Part shown: one piece after another, positions 28,801-40,800 of the stretch
How positions within the stretch are numbered: position 1 is the first letter of the stretch
How the letters are laid out: every line of letters starts with the position of its first letter
NCBI GenBank assembly: GCA_051294905.1
Contig: CM119372.1
Coordinates: 18,972,001 to 19,036,000, forward strand
DNA length: 64,000 bases
Source of the DNA: Botryllus schlosseri
Lineage: Eukaryota
Direction: 5' to 3'
Made by a program: the position numbers and the translations under genes
Notes under the pieces: model-generated
The model's input: the letters and a program-made list of their open reading frames with translations, nothing else
Databases searched by the model: none
What the model was told of the DNA's origin: nothing

Positions 28801-31800
28801 AAAAGTATGCAGCCCAAAACAAAGAATCGCGACTTCATTTTGAGATGTTGCCGCGTTCTTATTTGACATTACACCTGTTACGCGTGGTCCTACTGAAGCT
28901 TCTGCGAGGCCAAGTCCAGTCGTAACCACAGTCTCGATGTTGACTGTTGTAGGGTTTCTTTTGAATAGCATATTCATTTTAAAATGAACCCGAATATTTT
29001 CGGCTGACACTCGTCAGGGGTAATCGTCAGCAACTAGTAGAGAATTGGAAAGAACATTGTATATCAACAATCATGTCACAAAATATGACGTCACCCGCAT
29101 GAAATTTTGAATGAGAGGGTCTCTTTTGAAAGAAATACGACTTCTCTACTTGACGTTTTCCATTGTGTTGTCTACAATGTCTAGTGTCGCTAAATTGCAC
29201 TGTGGGATTTTGTTTTGTAGCTTTCACATATTAATGGTCTTGAACGAGCTGCAGGCTGCTTTCTATAAACGGTATGGTAGAGCAATTCAGCATTGTGACG
29301 TGAGATAAGTTGAAAGTAGGCCACTCCACTAAAATTGTTGTATGTGGAGCATGAGCATAAGTTATGAGCATGCATAATTTGTGATATGCAGGCACCATGT
29401 ACGAAGATCGGTGGCCAAGGTACCATTTTACCATATGCAAAGATTTTCATGCTACGTAATTTTGCATCTAGTTGCAATCGACCCGCCACAGCGATAGGCT
29501 TTAACAAAGGTTGATTTTATATCACAGAATTTGAGTAATGTACTCCTCGTCTCGGTTATACTCTTGACAAATCCCATTGTAGTAGGCTAAGGCAGTGATC
29601 GTGTTTTTGCCCAAGTCAAATATTTAACTAGCGTTCGAACAACGCTCGAATATTAATATCAGGACATATAAATATTAACGTGTTCGATACAAAAACATTA
29701 GTCTGGGTAGGGATATCAATCTACAATCGCCGTGCGACGGAAACGTGGCACGTGACACGACATTCCGGTCATGAGCTACAGTGTGTCGTTCGAATTCAAA
29801 TTTTACAATGGTTGAAACGTATCGTTTTTGAGATAAAAAAGTCGGCATTACGGTTGCACTTTTTCGACTTTCCCAATTTCGCAACAACGGAAGTGGTAAA
29901 CAAGTTAACAACCATTCTTACATTGACCAGAATTTCACGGCATTGGTCAGGCCCACGCGCGTTGTGTAGTTTCTTGAAAGTATTGTAGCTAGCGAAGATT
30001 TATGATAACGAGTACTACGGATAGTGGTCATTCGCAGACGAAGAAGACTTGACCCGTGAAAACCGGTGATCAGTGCGCGCGTGCCGCCACGCGACAATGT
30101 CTCATCGCCGTATGTATAAATACGCGGCGCTGCTTTTACACACTCTTATAGAAGTCGTTATCGTTAATAGTGAACCCTGTATGCGGATAAAAAAACGAAA
30201 TCGAAACTACTGTTCCTACTTGTTTCGGTGTTCACTGTTCTTGTTCATGCACAGTTGCACACCGAATCGCATCACATCAAGAGAGGCTAATATCCTGATA
30301 GCGGGAGTTAGGTTCAACTACAGTCGAGGTAGTGAGCTGGGAGTTGATTGCCTCCCAAAATTAATGATGGTTCTGCGCGGCGAAATTTTGTATGTTGTCA
30401 CTGTTAATGTATGTAATAATGACCGCCGATTTATTCACAAATCAAGTTGTTAAGTTGTTACATCACCTTCGGGTATGACTGTATCGTATTTTTGTTTTGC
30501 TTTACGGCAAAGTTACTATGACGTAATCATGATGTTACGCGTCTTTATGTATAGGTACTAGGTAGTAGGTGTATTCTGCCACAGATTTAGCTCTTACAAC
30601 TATTTTTGCTTGTAATGATGTTTTCGAAACTGCTTCAAAGGTATGCGAGTCGGTGACTTCCCTCCTTTGCTAGCGCTACGAAAATAACGTTTTGGTTTTG
30701 TCCCGTTATTGAGCTTGGCAGTATTTCCACCCTTTCATTTTGTCGAGTTTCACAATGGCGATTTTTCGTGCGATTCGGTGAGTAACGGGGCGTCATTGCA
30801 CTGTCAGAGACCAGTGTCGCTGGTTGATCATCTGGTATTGTTCGAGAATATGGAGAAATTTAGATAGTGACAATTTCAATGGGTCTAGATGGGGTGGCAG
30901 GTTGTTGTTTTCTTATGGCGTGTTATATTAATGCAATAATGCTTCACTTATAAAAGGAAAATCAGGTTGCGCCATTACTAGTGGTTTTAGTGATTTCATA
31001 AAGCGACACTGTGAAGGTGAAGAGTGTGTAGTACACAGAAGTGTTCAAAGTAATCATCGCTGGACTCAAGTATAGGAGTAGAAACAACGTCTTTAATTTT
31101 TGCTCGCGTAGAAGTAGAAGCAGCGATTTCCCAGTAAGTACAAAACTAAGTATTCTAGGCCAGGTTTACCTTGAACGAAACTGTCAAGTGGAAGTGAAAG
31201 AAGTTGAAAATCACAACCACATGAGTAAATAGTGCAAGTAGGCGAAACCTACTTGAGTAGTTCGAAATAGTAGAAATGCTTCGTTATGTTGCAGATCGCA
31301 GCTGATAGTACAGTGTAGATCAGGGGTGAGTACAGTGTAGATCAGGGGTGGGCAAACTACGTGAAACGTAAATGCCTTAATTCGGACCACGAGTGTGATA
31401 TTAGATTCGCTACACGAGCATTGAGCAAGTTTATTATTGTAAGTGCTGTACTTGGTAACCCCGATTCGCAAGTGTGTTGGATAGATTCGTTCTTTGTCTG
31501 TGTTGAAGTATTTGTATTTATAATATTTGTATATTGTAGAAGAGTATATTTAAATGTAGCGCGGTTATGATGCTGTCAGCATTGTGTGTTCTGGAGTTGA
31601 ACCAAAAGTACAACCAGCAAATCTATGGATGAATCGCTGCTCACAGACTCAATTTTACATCTAGTTCCAAGAATCTGGGAGCTCGACTTTCATCCCTAAT
31701 TTTGACAATGAGGACGGCCAGCTTATAAATTCTCGTGTACGTTATCAAATTAATGCTTGGTCTGCTTTAGATGTACATTGTAAAAATACGTATATATTAT

Positions 31801-34800
31801 TTCCATGTTCTCGGTCACTATGTAATCGTTAATAGTATATAATATTGGATTACCGTAGTATCCCGATTTGATATAATGCGGCCCGCGAATGGATTCAGAT
31901 GTTGAATGCGTCCCGCGAGCTCAAAAGTTTGCCCACCCGTGGTGTAGATTGTACAGGAAAGCGAGTAATTACATTACGATTTTATCAGATTCTACAAAAA
32001 TTGCGCCAAGGGTCGTATTGTGGACCGGACCAAAACAGCTGGTGATTGCCAACCCATGCTGTACGCCAGGGGTCACCGACCTTTTTGAAACCAAGAGCTA
32101 CTTCTTGGGTACTGATTAATGGGACGTGCTGCCAAGTTACTCCCGTGCTTATCCGTGCTCAGTTGGTTTTCTTCAGTTAGTTAGACATTCAGAGCACTGG
32201 CAGGGTCTCGGCCCCATACCAGACTCACACCATGCAGCTTCTCCGGGCTCAGTTGCGTTGCCGCAATGCGCGTCGAAGCGCCGTCGAGACTGGTATATTA
32301 TCCAGATTCCAGTTAAGCCTCCGCATGGGCGAAGACGAGCAACGGCCCGATCGAAAACTGCGTTCGTGGGTTCCTTAGGGTAGACTGACCCATGTTCAAC
32401 TGCTCTTCACAAGAAACCCTTTTCCGCATCGACTTGCAAACTGTCGTTCTGCGACCGCGGGTGACTCGTTTGGTTCTCGCGGGCTACCGGTTGCCTGCGG
32501 GCCCCGACTTGGCGACCCTTGCTGTAGGCCATATTGTCGGATATTCACTCTTAACTCTTCGATGGAAGTGCGGACTCTGTCACGCCACGATATTGCCGAC
32601 ATCGGGTTACCTACCCACTCGGTATAAATATCAATAAATGTTGATTACACAATAATGAGCGTTTGATGTATCGATGATGACGAGCGCATGCGCGACCCAA
32701 CAGATCCGTCGTACGGCGTGCGTGCCAGCTATATTATTTGCTCGTTTGTCGAGTCCGTTATCTCGACTTTTTGTCAATTAACTCTTCATCGTAAACCCAT
32801 TATCGCTGTCAGCTGGTGGCTATTTGGACGCTGGTTTTCTCTGTTTTCTTTTATAGGCGGGACTAATTTCGTATTCACGCCGAACTTTGTATTGTGCAGG
32901 TTTAGCGAATTTTTGGAGCGCCTATTGTTGTCTACGCTCGCATGTCGCGGTATTGTGTCGGCGTGGTTATAATCTCGCCGGTGGAAAGTCGAATTTCGAT
33001 TTCTCGTACCACAAAGTACGCCGTTTACGCGTACATAGTCGTATAATCGGCGGTTCTCATGTTTTTATTCGCTCAAGACGCACAATGCACAATGTGATAC
33101 ACAAGACGCAATGCGATGTAATGAACAGATAGGAGGTCGAAACGGCCAGGCACGTTCTATGCCCAGTGTTAGATCTTGATGTTTCGGGCATTCGGCTGTC
33201 TTTCTTTAAAGACTTTTCCTTGCCCTTTTATTCTATCGACTTTTATTTTACATTTATCAAGCTAGGATTTCCTCTTCGCATACAAATGTCAAATATCAAT
33301 ATTTCATACGGGCCTCCTTTCATCAGTCGCCGATTTCGACTCTTGCGGTTGAATATTCGACCGAAATCTCTTGGTTTCTAGGGATTTTTCGTGGATCAAG
33401 TATCGACATCGTCGCGTTGCACTCTTGCACAAGATTAGCGCCAACACGACATAACGCCACCCTAGGGATTCTACTTTTATGAACTGCTGTAATATAGATT
33501 CTCGCGTTCCTATCCAGCCCATCAATAACAGTGATCTCCGTAAATGTATTATTAATTGCAACTTGCTGACTTGTAGTATACGCTTCGTGTGCGCATAACT
33601 GCGCTAATACTGTCGCCGGCCGCCGGGTCGTATGTGTTGTCTATGTGTGCAATTCCATGTGACCCCGCAACCTGGGAAAGAGCCTTTCATCGCGTAATTT
33701 TGTTACGTGATATATCGAGTGTGCAGTGTGCGGCCTTTTCTTTGGTTTCGACTTTATCATCTTTATTACTGTGCTCACAAGTTCTCGTGTTTCGTTTTAC
33801 GGCGTAACGGGGAAATTATGACATACTGTACACTACAGTTTCGGCGATGAGCGATTTACGGGTCCAGCAAACGTGAAAGAAAAACCAGTTTGCTGGGATG
33901 TGTGCGTTGCGCCTTGCGTTTGGCATGCGAGCTATTTTTACAATGTTGATTTTAACGACGTCTACGAATCGATTTTGGATCTGGGAGATAGCGTGTGATG
34001 AGCGCACACTGATGTTTTGATTAATACAGGCATTATGCTCAGTACGGATTAGCCCAAAATGTTCAGATAACGAATGTATATCACTTTCCCAACAACCCTG
34101 TAAAGAGGGGATATTTCTGTTCTGGTAGACGACAAGTCTGCAGCAATACACACAAATACTATTAAAGTGCTTATATTTTCTAAATCAGACGGAGAGAGAG
34201 AGAGCGAAAGGAATTATTTCGGAATCGATTCATAGGGGTTGTGCTGATGTCGTGAACGATCACGGTTATCAAGACTTGACGCCCAGTACTTAGCATCCAA
34301 GTACAAAATGAAAAACGGTCAATAACGGAAAAAAAATATTATAAGCAGCTTACAGATACCACTGCGCCGGATGCTTTTACTTGTGGTGTATTATGAGAGC
34401 ATGTATAGTTAGCTGAGCTGTGCATAAACAACTTCAACGATTTTTGCATAATGCATAGACTTTGGTGTAGCACATGTATGCTCAGTTGCTCACTATGTTT
34501 GTGTAACGGAACCAACAGAACGAATGTTCTGACTGCGCACTTCAAACCGCGTAACGGCGTAACAATGACGTCACTGTATCGCAAACGACAGATTCAATTC
34601 AATATTGTTTGTTGACATTTTCATCATTTCTGCAATACAATGAAAGAGGCATGCACGGTATGCACACTGGATGCAAAGTAAAAGAAGATAATGTAAAAGT
34701 ATAGAGACAAAAATAGGTGGCATGTGTCGGAAGGTGAGATCAATATATCAGGTCGTGGTCCGGTATACTAGAGGGCTGACTAGTACTGATTCAGTAGAAA

Positions 34801-37800
34801 TTGTTTGCATTCCGAATTGAATGTGGACACTGGTCATGGTCATGCTCGACGACTGTCGGAGGCCGTCCGTTCTTTCATTTATGTACGGTACATTGGAGTT
34901 GACTTTTATCAAAATCTGCCATCCTAGTTTGTGTCACCAAAATGAGGTCGTATATAATCTAAAAATAGGGCATTGAGCTCAAGCCATCTGTTCGTCTCGG
35001 TTACTCGAATTTTAATGCCGGTGACGTCATATTTGGTGATGGAATTGTTAATATACAATGTTCTTTTAATTCTCTACTAGTTTCGATTACCCATACAAAG
35101 TGTCGGCCGAAAATATTCGGGTTCATTCAATGTGAACGCTGTGTACATCCAAGACTCTCTTCGATCCTGATGGAGAATATTTTGTCCGCCCGCCGTATGC
35201 TTGCTTGTTGACAGTCTTTCGCGACCTTGCCTTCAAGAAATTGGTGCGCCTCGATCCCCGCGGTGTCGCCGAAGAGGCGCTGCCCAAGATAGGCTAATTC
35301 GTAATCGTTTCTATTTCCGGCATATCGCATGTTGGCAGTCGACGCTTCGAGTGTCGTGCTGAGGTAGGCGTGTATTGCATCGAAGGGCTGATGTGTTGGC
35401 GTCAGCGATGAGATGCTTGTTGACAGTTTTGCAGTGACTGAAGTATGAAATGTCGAATGACTTTGACGTTGCTATCGGTATCTGGCTTGTCGAGTTAGAT
35501 GTATGAGCTTTTCGTGGGTACTGAAAGCAAATATCTCGGTTTCTCGGTTCGTGAATTTCGTTGAGTGTAACATTTGCCGCGCTGTACAACGTAACGTATG
35601 TGTTGTACATGTTGGTCTCTATCTTGTACGTTGCCGAAGTCTGGAGCCATGTTAATTTCACGATGACGCATTTTTCGGCCGTCTATCTTAGAGGACTCCT
35701 TATGCTGTGACACATACATGTAAAGTTCGAGCCGGATTTGTGAATAGTACTCGTTTAGAATAGAGCGTTTTTGCGCCGAGATGCGTAGATCCCATCGTTG
35801 TAGTAACTGGCGAACTAGCTGTTTTGTAGCTACGCTGCGGGGATGGTGGCGCTTTATAAGTGCCAGCTCGGCTATGAGTGGTGCCTGCTTCCTTCCTGTC
35901 ATTTACCGCCGAGCTCGGGATGTTTTCAATTCGGAGTGATCAGTACGCTGCTTGGCGGCATGCACCCTTCGTAATAACTGCAGACATCTTGCGCGCTGGC
36001 TGGTAGTGTTGTGTACGTACTATAATTTTTTGCTCAGAAACAAAAGCGAATTTACGAACGTGTTTACGATTTACAATAAGTTGTTAGTGTCGTTAATTCG
36101 GACAAAGTAGTCGGACATTCGTTGCAATCGTGATTTTTCTGACATAATTCGTCGAACCGTGGGATTAACACTGGGACAGAGGTGGTCAACGTAGTTCAAA
36201 TGGTTGAAGATGCTTTTGGCCCCTCGAATGTTTCGTTCATTACCTCACATCGCGTCAATGATGTCATTCCATTGCTTACATTTGTTTTCCAGTCAATATT
36301 TTCATCAGGGAATATTTTCTTGAATCCCGCTTGAAAGATACCATATACAAAATGCCGTTGTTCGTTGACCAGCCACTCCCGCTCTGTTGTACGCCGAGAT
36401 CGTTGACCTCTCGCGTCATCGATTCCGATAATCGGATGCGCAGTCGTAAATTCGTTTGATCTACCGATGCGGGCACTCGCCAGACTCGATACCGTGCCGT
36501 CGCAACGTCAAAAAGATCACGAGGGCGGTGTAAATACAGTTATTTTTCACTGCCCCCACTGTAAATAGATCGTTGTCGTCTTGCGCTCGCCTCCATATCC
36601 ATACTTTTTAGTGGCGAGATCTTGACAAGTTCTTGTCCGATTGATGGCTTTTTCACTTGGACCAATCTCTGCCGGATCCATCCGAGAAGGCGTGAAATTG
36701 AAGAATGCGTTTCGGAGTATGTCGAATCGGGGCCCCGACGCCCGTAACGGTCGCTGTGAATTATTTATTGTTGTCAGAATTTCACTAGACAAAATCAACA
36801 TTTCAAAGACTCAGATCCGAGAATTTAATCGACGACACTGTCGAAAATTTAAGGTTGGGAACGGGGTACAAATGTAATAAATGTAATGTCAATGCAGCTG
36901 ATCGAAACAATATCGGGAAGTTATCCATTTCGAATGTTGGACCTTTGCAGTACGTTTTGAACACTTTAAAATGCACGCCGTAAAGTGACGCCTATTGTAG
37001 ATGTGTCGGCGTAGACCACCGATCTAGACGGCAGACAAATGTGACCTGTGGCCGACCCCGCGCAAAATTTTCGTCTTCGATGCTGTGTTGGAATAGAAGT
37101 GGATTTGGATTCTTAATATCAGTAAAACGCAGTGATTTTGTGACATCACTGCTTTCTGTGCCTGTATCAACATATCCGTGTCGGCCAATCGCTAAGGAAC
37201 ATGCAAATGAATCACTGAAACCAGCACGTAATACCACAGCACTGGCAGCTCCATTGTAAGTCCGTGTAAACAAAAATCACCTTCGTGACTGCGTAATAAT
37301 GGCCTCTTATGAAAACTAGTTTTCCGATCCATCTCGCACAAAGCGCGCCGCGACAATGGCATTCAGAATCCAGTAACTACCATCGATAAACCCTCCGTCA
37401 AGCGACCGCTGTGTTTTTGTGGTTATGGGCAGTTACATCGCTTTGCAATCACCATAAAATCGATCACATCGTTCGCCTGATCCGATTCTTACGTTTTTGC
37501 GTATCACAATGGAGGACGCGATTATCTTTTGAAAATATTGTTGGGTTTAGCGCGCTGCGCCGACTGCTAATCTCACCAGCGCGGATCTTATCACGGCGCT
37601 ATTAATTCAAGTCGACTGTGTCTATATCAACTGTCCGTGAGTATTTGCCCAGGTCGCCTGTTCTTTAGAAAAGTTAGCGTACATCTATTCGACTATCATG
37701 AACGCGAAAAATACAGCACTCTATGCCGACGATTCTGATTCCATTTTTCGAGCGTATTCGGCGGCAAATTTACGTAGTCTATTTATGAAGAAATTTGTCG

Positions 37801-40800
37801 ATTACCGAATGAGAAAGTTATAGTCTTTACGTTATCAATTGCTTGTATCGACCGGGCTCTGTAAAGCTCGCGACGCTGTAGACGTGTATTGATTACGAAA
37901 AAAATCTTGTTTTCAAACCAAAGCCAGCCTGTCGCAAATCGCAGCTGAGCCAACGACCGAAGCGCGTAATTATCCGCGTAACTCTCAACGTGAAGCGTCT
38001 CACCAAACTCTAACGATATACGGCGCGAAACAAGCGTACGCCTCTATAATATTAGTCAGGCTTCCGCGCGCCGTTGCTGGAAGTAGCATCACTCTGTTTC
38101 CGCTCTAGGCGTAGCCTACTACCATCGACGCTTTGAACGGTGCTTTATAACGAGTTAGAATTTTCCACAAGCCATGGCCACGGGGCTGCTTCGCAAGTAC
38201 TAATCAGACGTCTGCTCAGTGCTCAATAGAGAATATTGTATCGCCTGGCGCGTGCCTACAATAGACTGAATCTTGTGTTGTGCAATCGCGACTCGGGGGG
38301 TGCCTTTATTTTGTACATGCAAGCTAATGAAAAGCTAATACAGCTAATTAAGCTAAGGAAAAGCTAATTAAGCTAATGAAAGGCTAATTAAGCTAATGAA
38401 AAGCTAAGTAAGCTAATGAAAAGCTAATGAAAAGCTAATTAAGCTAATGAAAAGCTAATGAAGCTAATTAAGCTAATGAAAAGCTAATGAAAAGCTAAGT
38501 AAGCTAATGAAAAAGTAAGCTAATGAAAAGTAAGCTAATGAAAAAGTAAGCTAATGAAAAGTAAGCTAATGAAAAGCTAATGAAGCTAATTAAGCTAATG
38601 AAAAGCTAATTACGCTAATGAAAAAGTAAGCTAATGAAAAGCTAATTAAGCTAATGAAAAGCTAATGAAACCACCAGCGAATGTAAAAATGAAGCCAATG
38701 AAGCAAGGAAGTAAGTCCAGGTTAGTATTTTGCTCATATGATTCTGGATGTATCAAATCCGAAATTTTAAATCCAAGTTTAGAATCTGGATATTCGATTC
38801 TCAATAGGAATTTTTGAATTATGATTGCAATAGTGCCAATTCAGGCCTAACTGCACCCTGCAAACCGAAAGATTTGACGGCACCGACAGGTTTGTTTTGA
38901 GGTGTTCATGGTGTGTCTCGACTACTATGGTCATGGTCATGGTCATTTACACCAGGCAATTTTCTACATTTCTATTCCGTAGCGGCCGACATTATCGTTG
39001 ATTTTAAAACAAACATACTTCGCAAGGCAGCTAAAATTCATCGCATATTTTATGATGACATGGGAGCTTGGACGAAAACCAAGCAAGCATATTCATATTA
39101 CTTGAAGACCGAGGACCGACTCAGGTATGTATACAAGCCGCGGTGCCACAGGGGTGCTATTTGTACCCTAAAAATGAAGGAGTACTTGCCGTTTTCACCG
39201 CAGCCTTCTCCAGGTGACGTACTCATGGTTGGGCGATACTACGCTAAATCAAAGAACAACCCTGGTTACGAAAAACGTATAAGCTGGATTGAAAGCGGAC
39301 CATCGGATCCATGTAATGTGTGTATCGTGGAGTACAAGGGTATATCTGGGGACTGCAGTCCACACGGAAACAGCTCTGTGAACTTTCAAAATTACATCCG
39401 CACTCCGCCCAGCACTATTGAGAAGATAAAGGAAAAGGTTACATACGGGACAGGAAAGCGAGTTTACGTTGATCTTCAAAATGATTCCAAAAGTATTTCG
39501 CAAATGCCCCGGAATATAAGTCAGATCCACCACACTAAGCACCGGGAAAAAGTAAGCAAAGAAGGGCACAGTAGCCTGTCGCGAGACTGTTATGCAGACG
39601 AACTTTTGGATGTCATAAACATGATGCACACGGAAAAATTTGTGAGAAGAGTCATCCATTATCCAGCAAAAGCATCCAGCATAATTGTATACACCGATGA
39701 TCAAATAACAGATCTTAAAAAGATGTGTTGTACTGGAAAAACTGTACTTGGAATTGACAAGACATACAACTTAGGCAATGTGTACGCTACTGTAGCAGTT
39801 TTCAAAAACGTGAAGATGATTAGCACCAGAACGCAGGAAAATCCGATTTTCATTGGCCCCATATATCTCCACCATAGGTCAGATAGAGGGACATTTAACG
39901 ACTTCTTCAGTCATCTTAGCTCCGTTATAGGAGGTACTTTCGATCACCTTGTCGTGGGGACAGACGACGAAATTGCACTACACTCAGCAATAGAAAATTC
40001 GTTCAAAAACTGCAAGCACGTTCTCTGTGTCAATCATTTAAAGACAAATTTGGTCGACAAACTTCAGCACGGCATCGGTGCAAGCAAGCATTTGAGAAAA
40101 AGTCTGGTAAATCAAGTCTTCAATCTGTTGAATAGCAAGGACGAAATTGAATTTAATCGAAGAGAAGAAGACCTACTCACTATGTGCCATAGCATATGCC
40201 CAATGCTGGTCACATACTTACAAAATAGATTGCTACCGTTGTTGCGAAAAAAGGTCTGGCAAATGCGTAGCTTTATCGGCACAATGTTCAACCCAAAATC
40301 GGCGATGTGTAGTGGTTCCAAATATAATAATTTTCATAGTCATTGGGAACGATAAAGTAGCAACATTTTCATAGTCGTAAATGAGTATATCACGAGTATT
40401 TTCAATAATATCGCGAGATAGTACTCGCAGCATAGTTTATTTATAAACGAAGTTGGCATTGATGTCGGTTAATAATTATTATTTCAAAGATACCAATTCA
40501 GCGTCAATCAACAAACGCACACATTTCGCAATTGCAATCAGCGAAGTTTTTCGATGCGTGGTGTTCAATTAGCTTCCTTGTTACATTAGCTTCATTAGTT
40601 TTTCATTGTCTTGTTTCATTAGGTTTTCATTAGCTTTTGATTAGCTTACTTCTCATTACCTTAATTAGCTTTTAATTAGCTTCATTAGCTTTTCATTAGC
40701 TTACTTTTCATTAGCTTACTTTTTCATTAGCTTAATTAGCTTTTCATTAGCTTTTCATTAGCTTACTTAGCTTTTCATTAGCTTACTTAGCTTTTCATTA

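Noticed and set aside
35130-35900. Possible Gypsy RT remnant ([14 protein letters not shown]) on the minus strand
   Set aside because: Only one short motif; no YxDD, LTRs or integrase were recognised.
36177-36188. Solo cagaggtggtca matching the hAT TIR
   Set aside because: No partner TIR, TSD or subterminal repeats follow; could be chance or a tiny relic.
39249-39704. 151-aa minus-strand ORF
   Set aside because: It is the antisense shadow of the MULE transposase frame; no recognisable motif.
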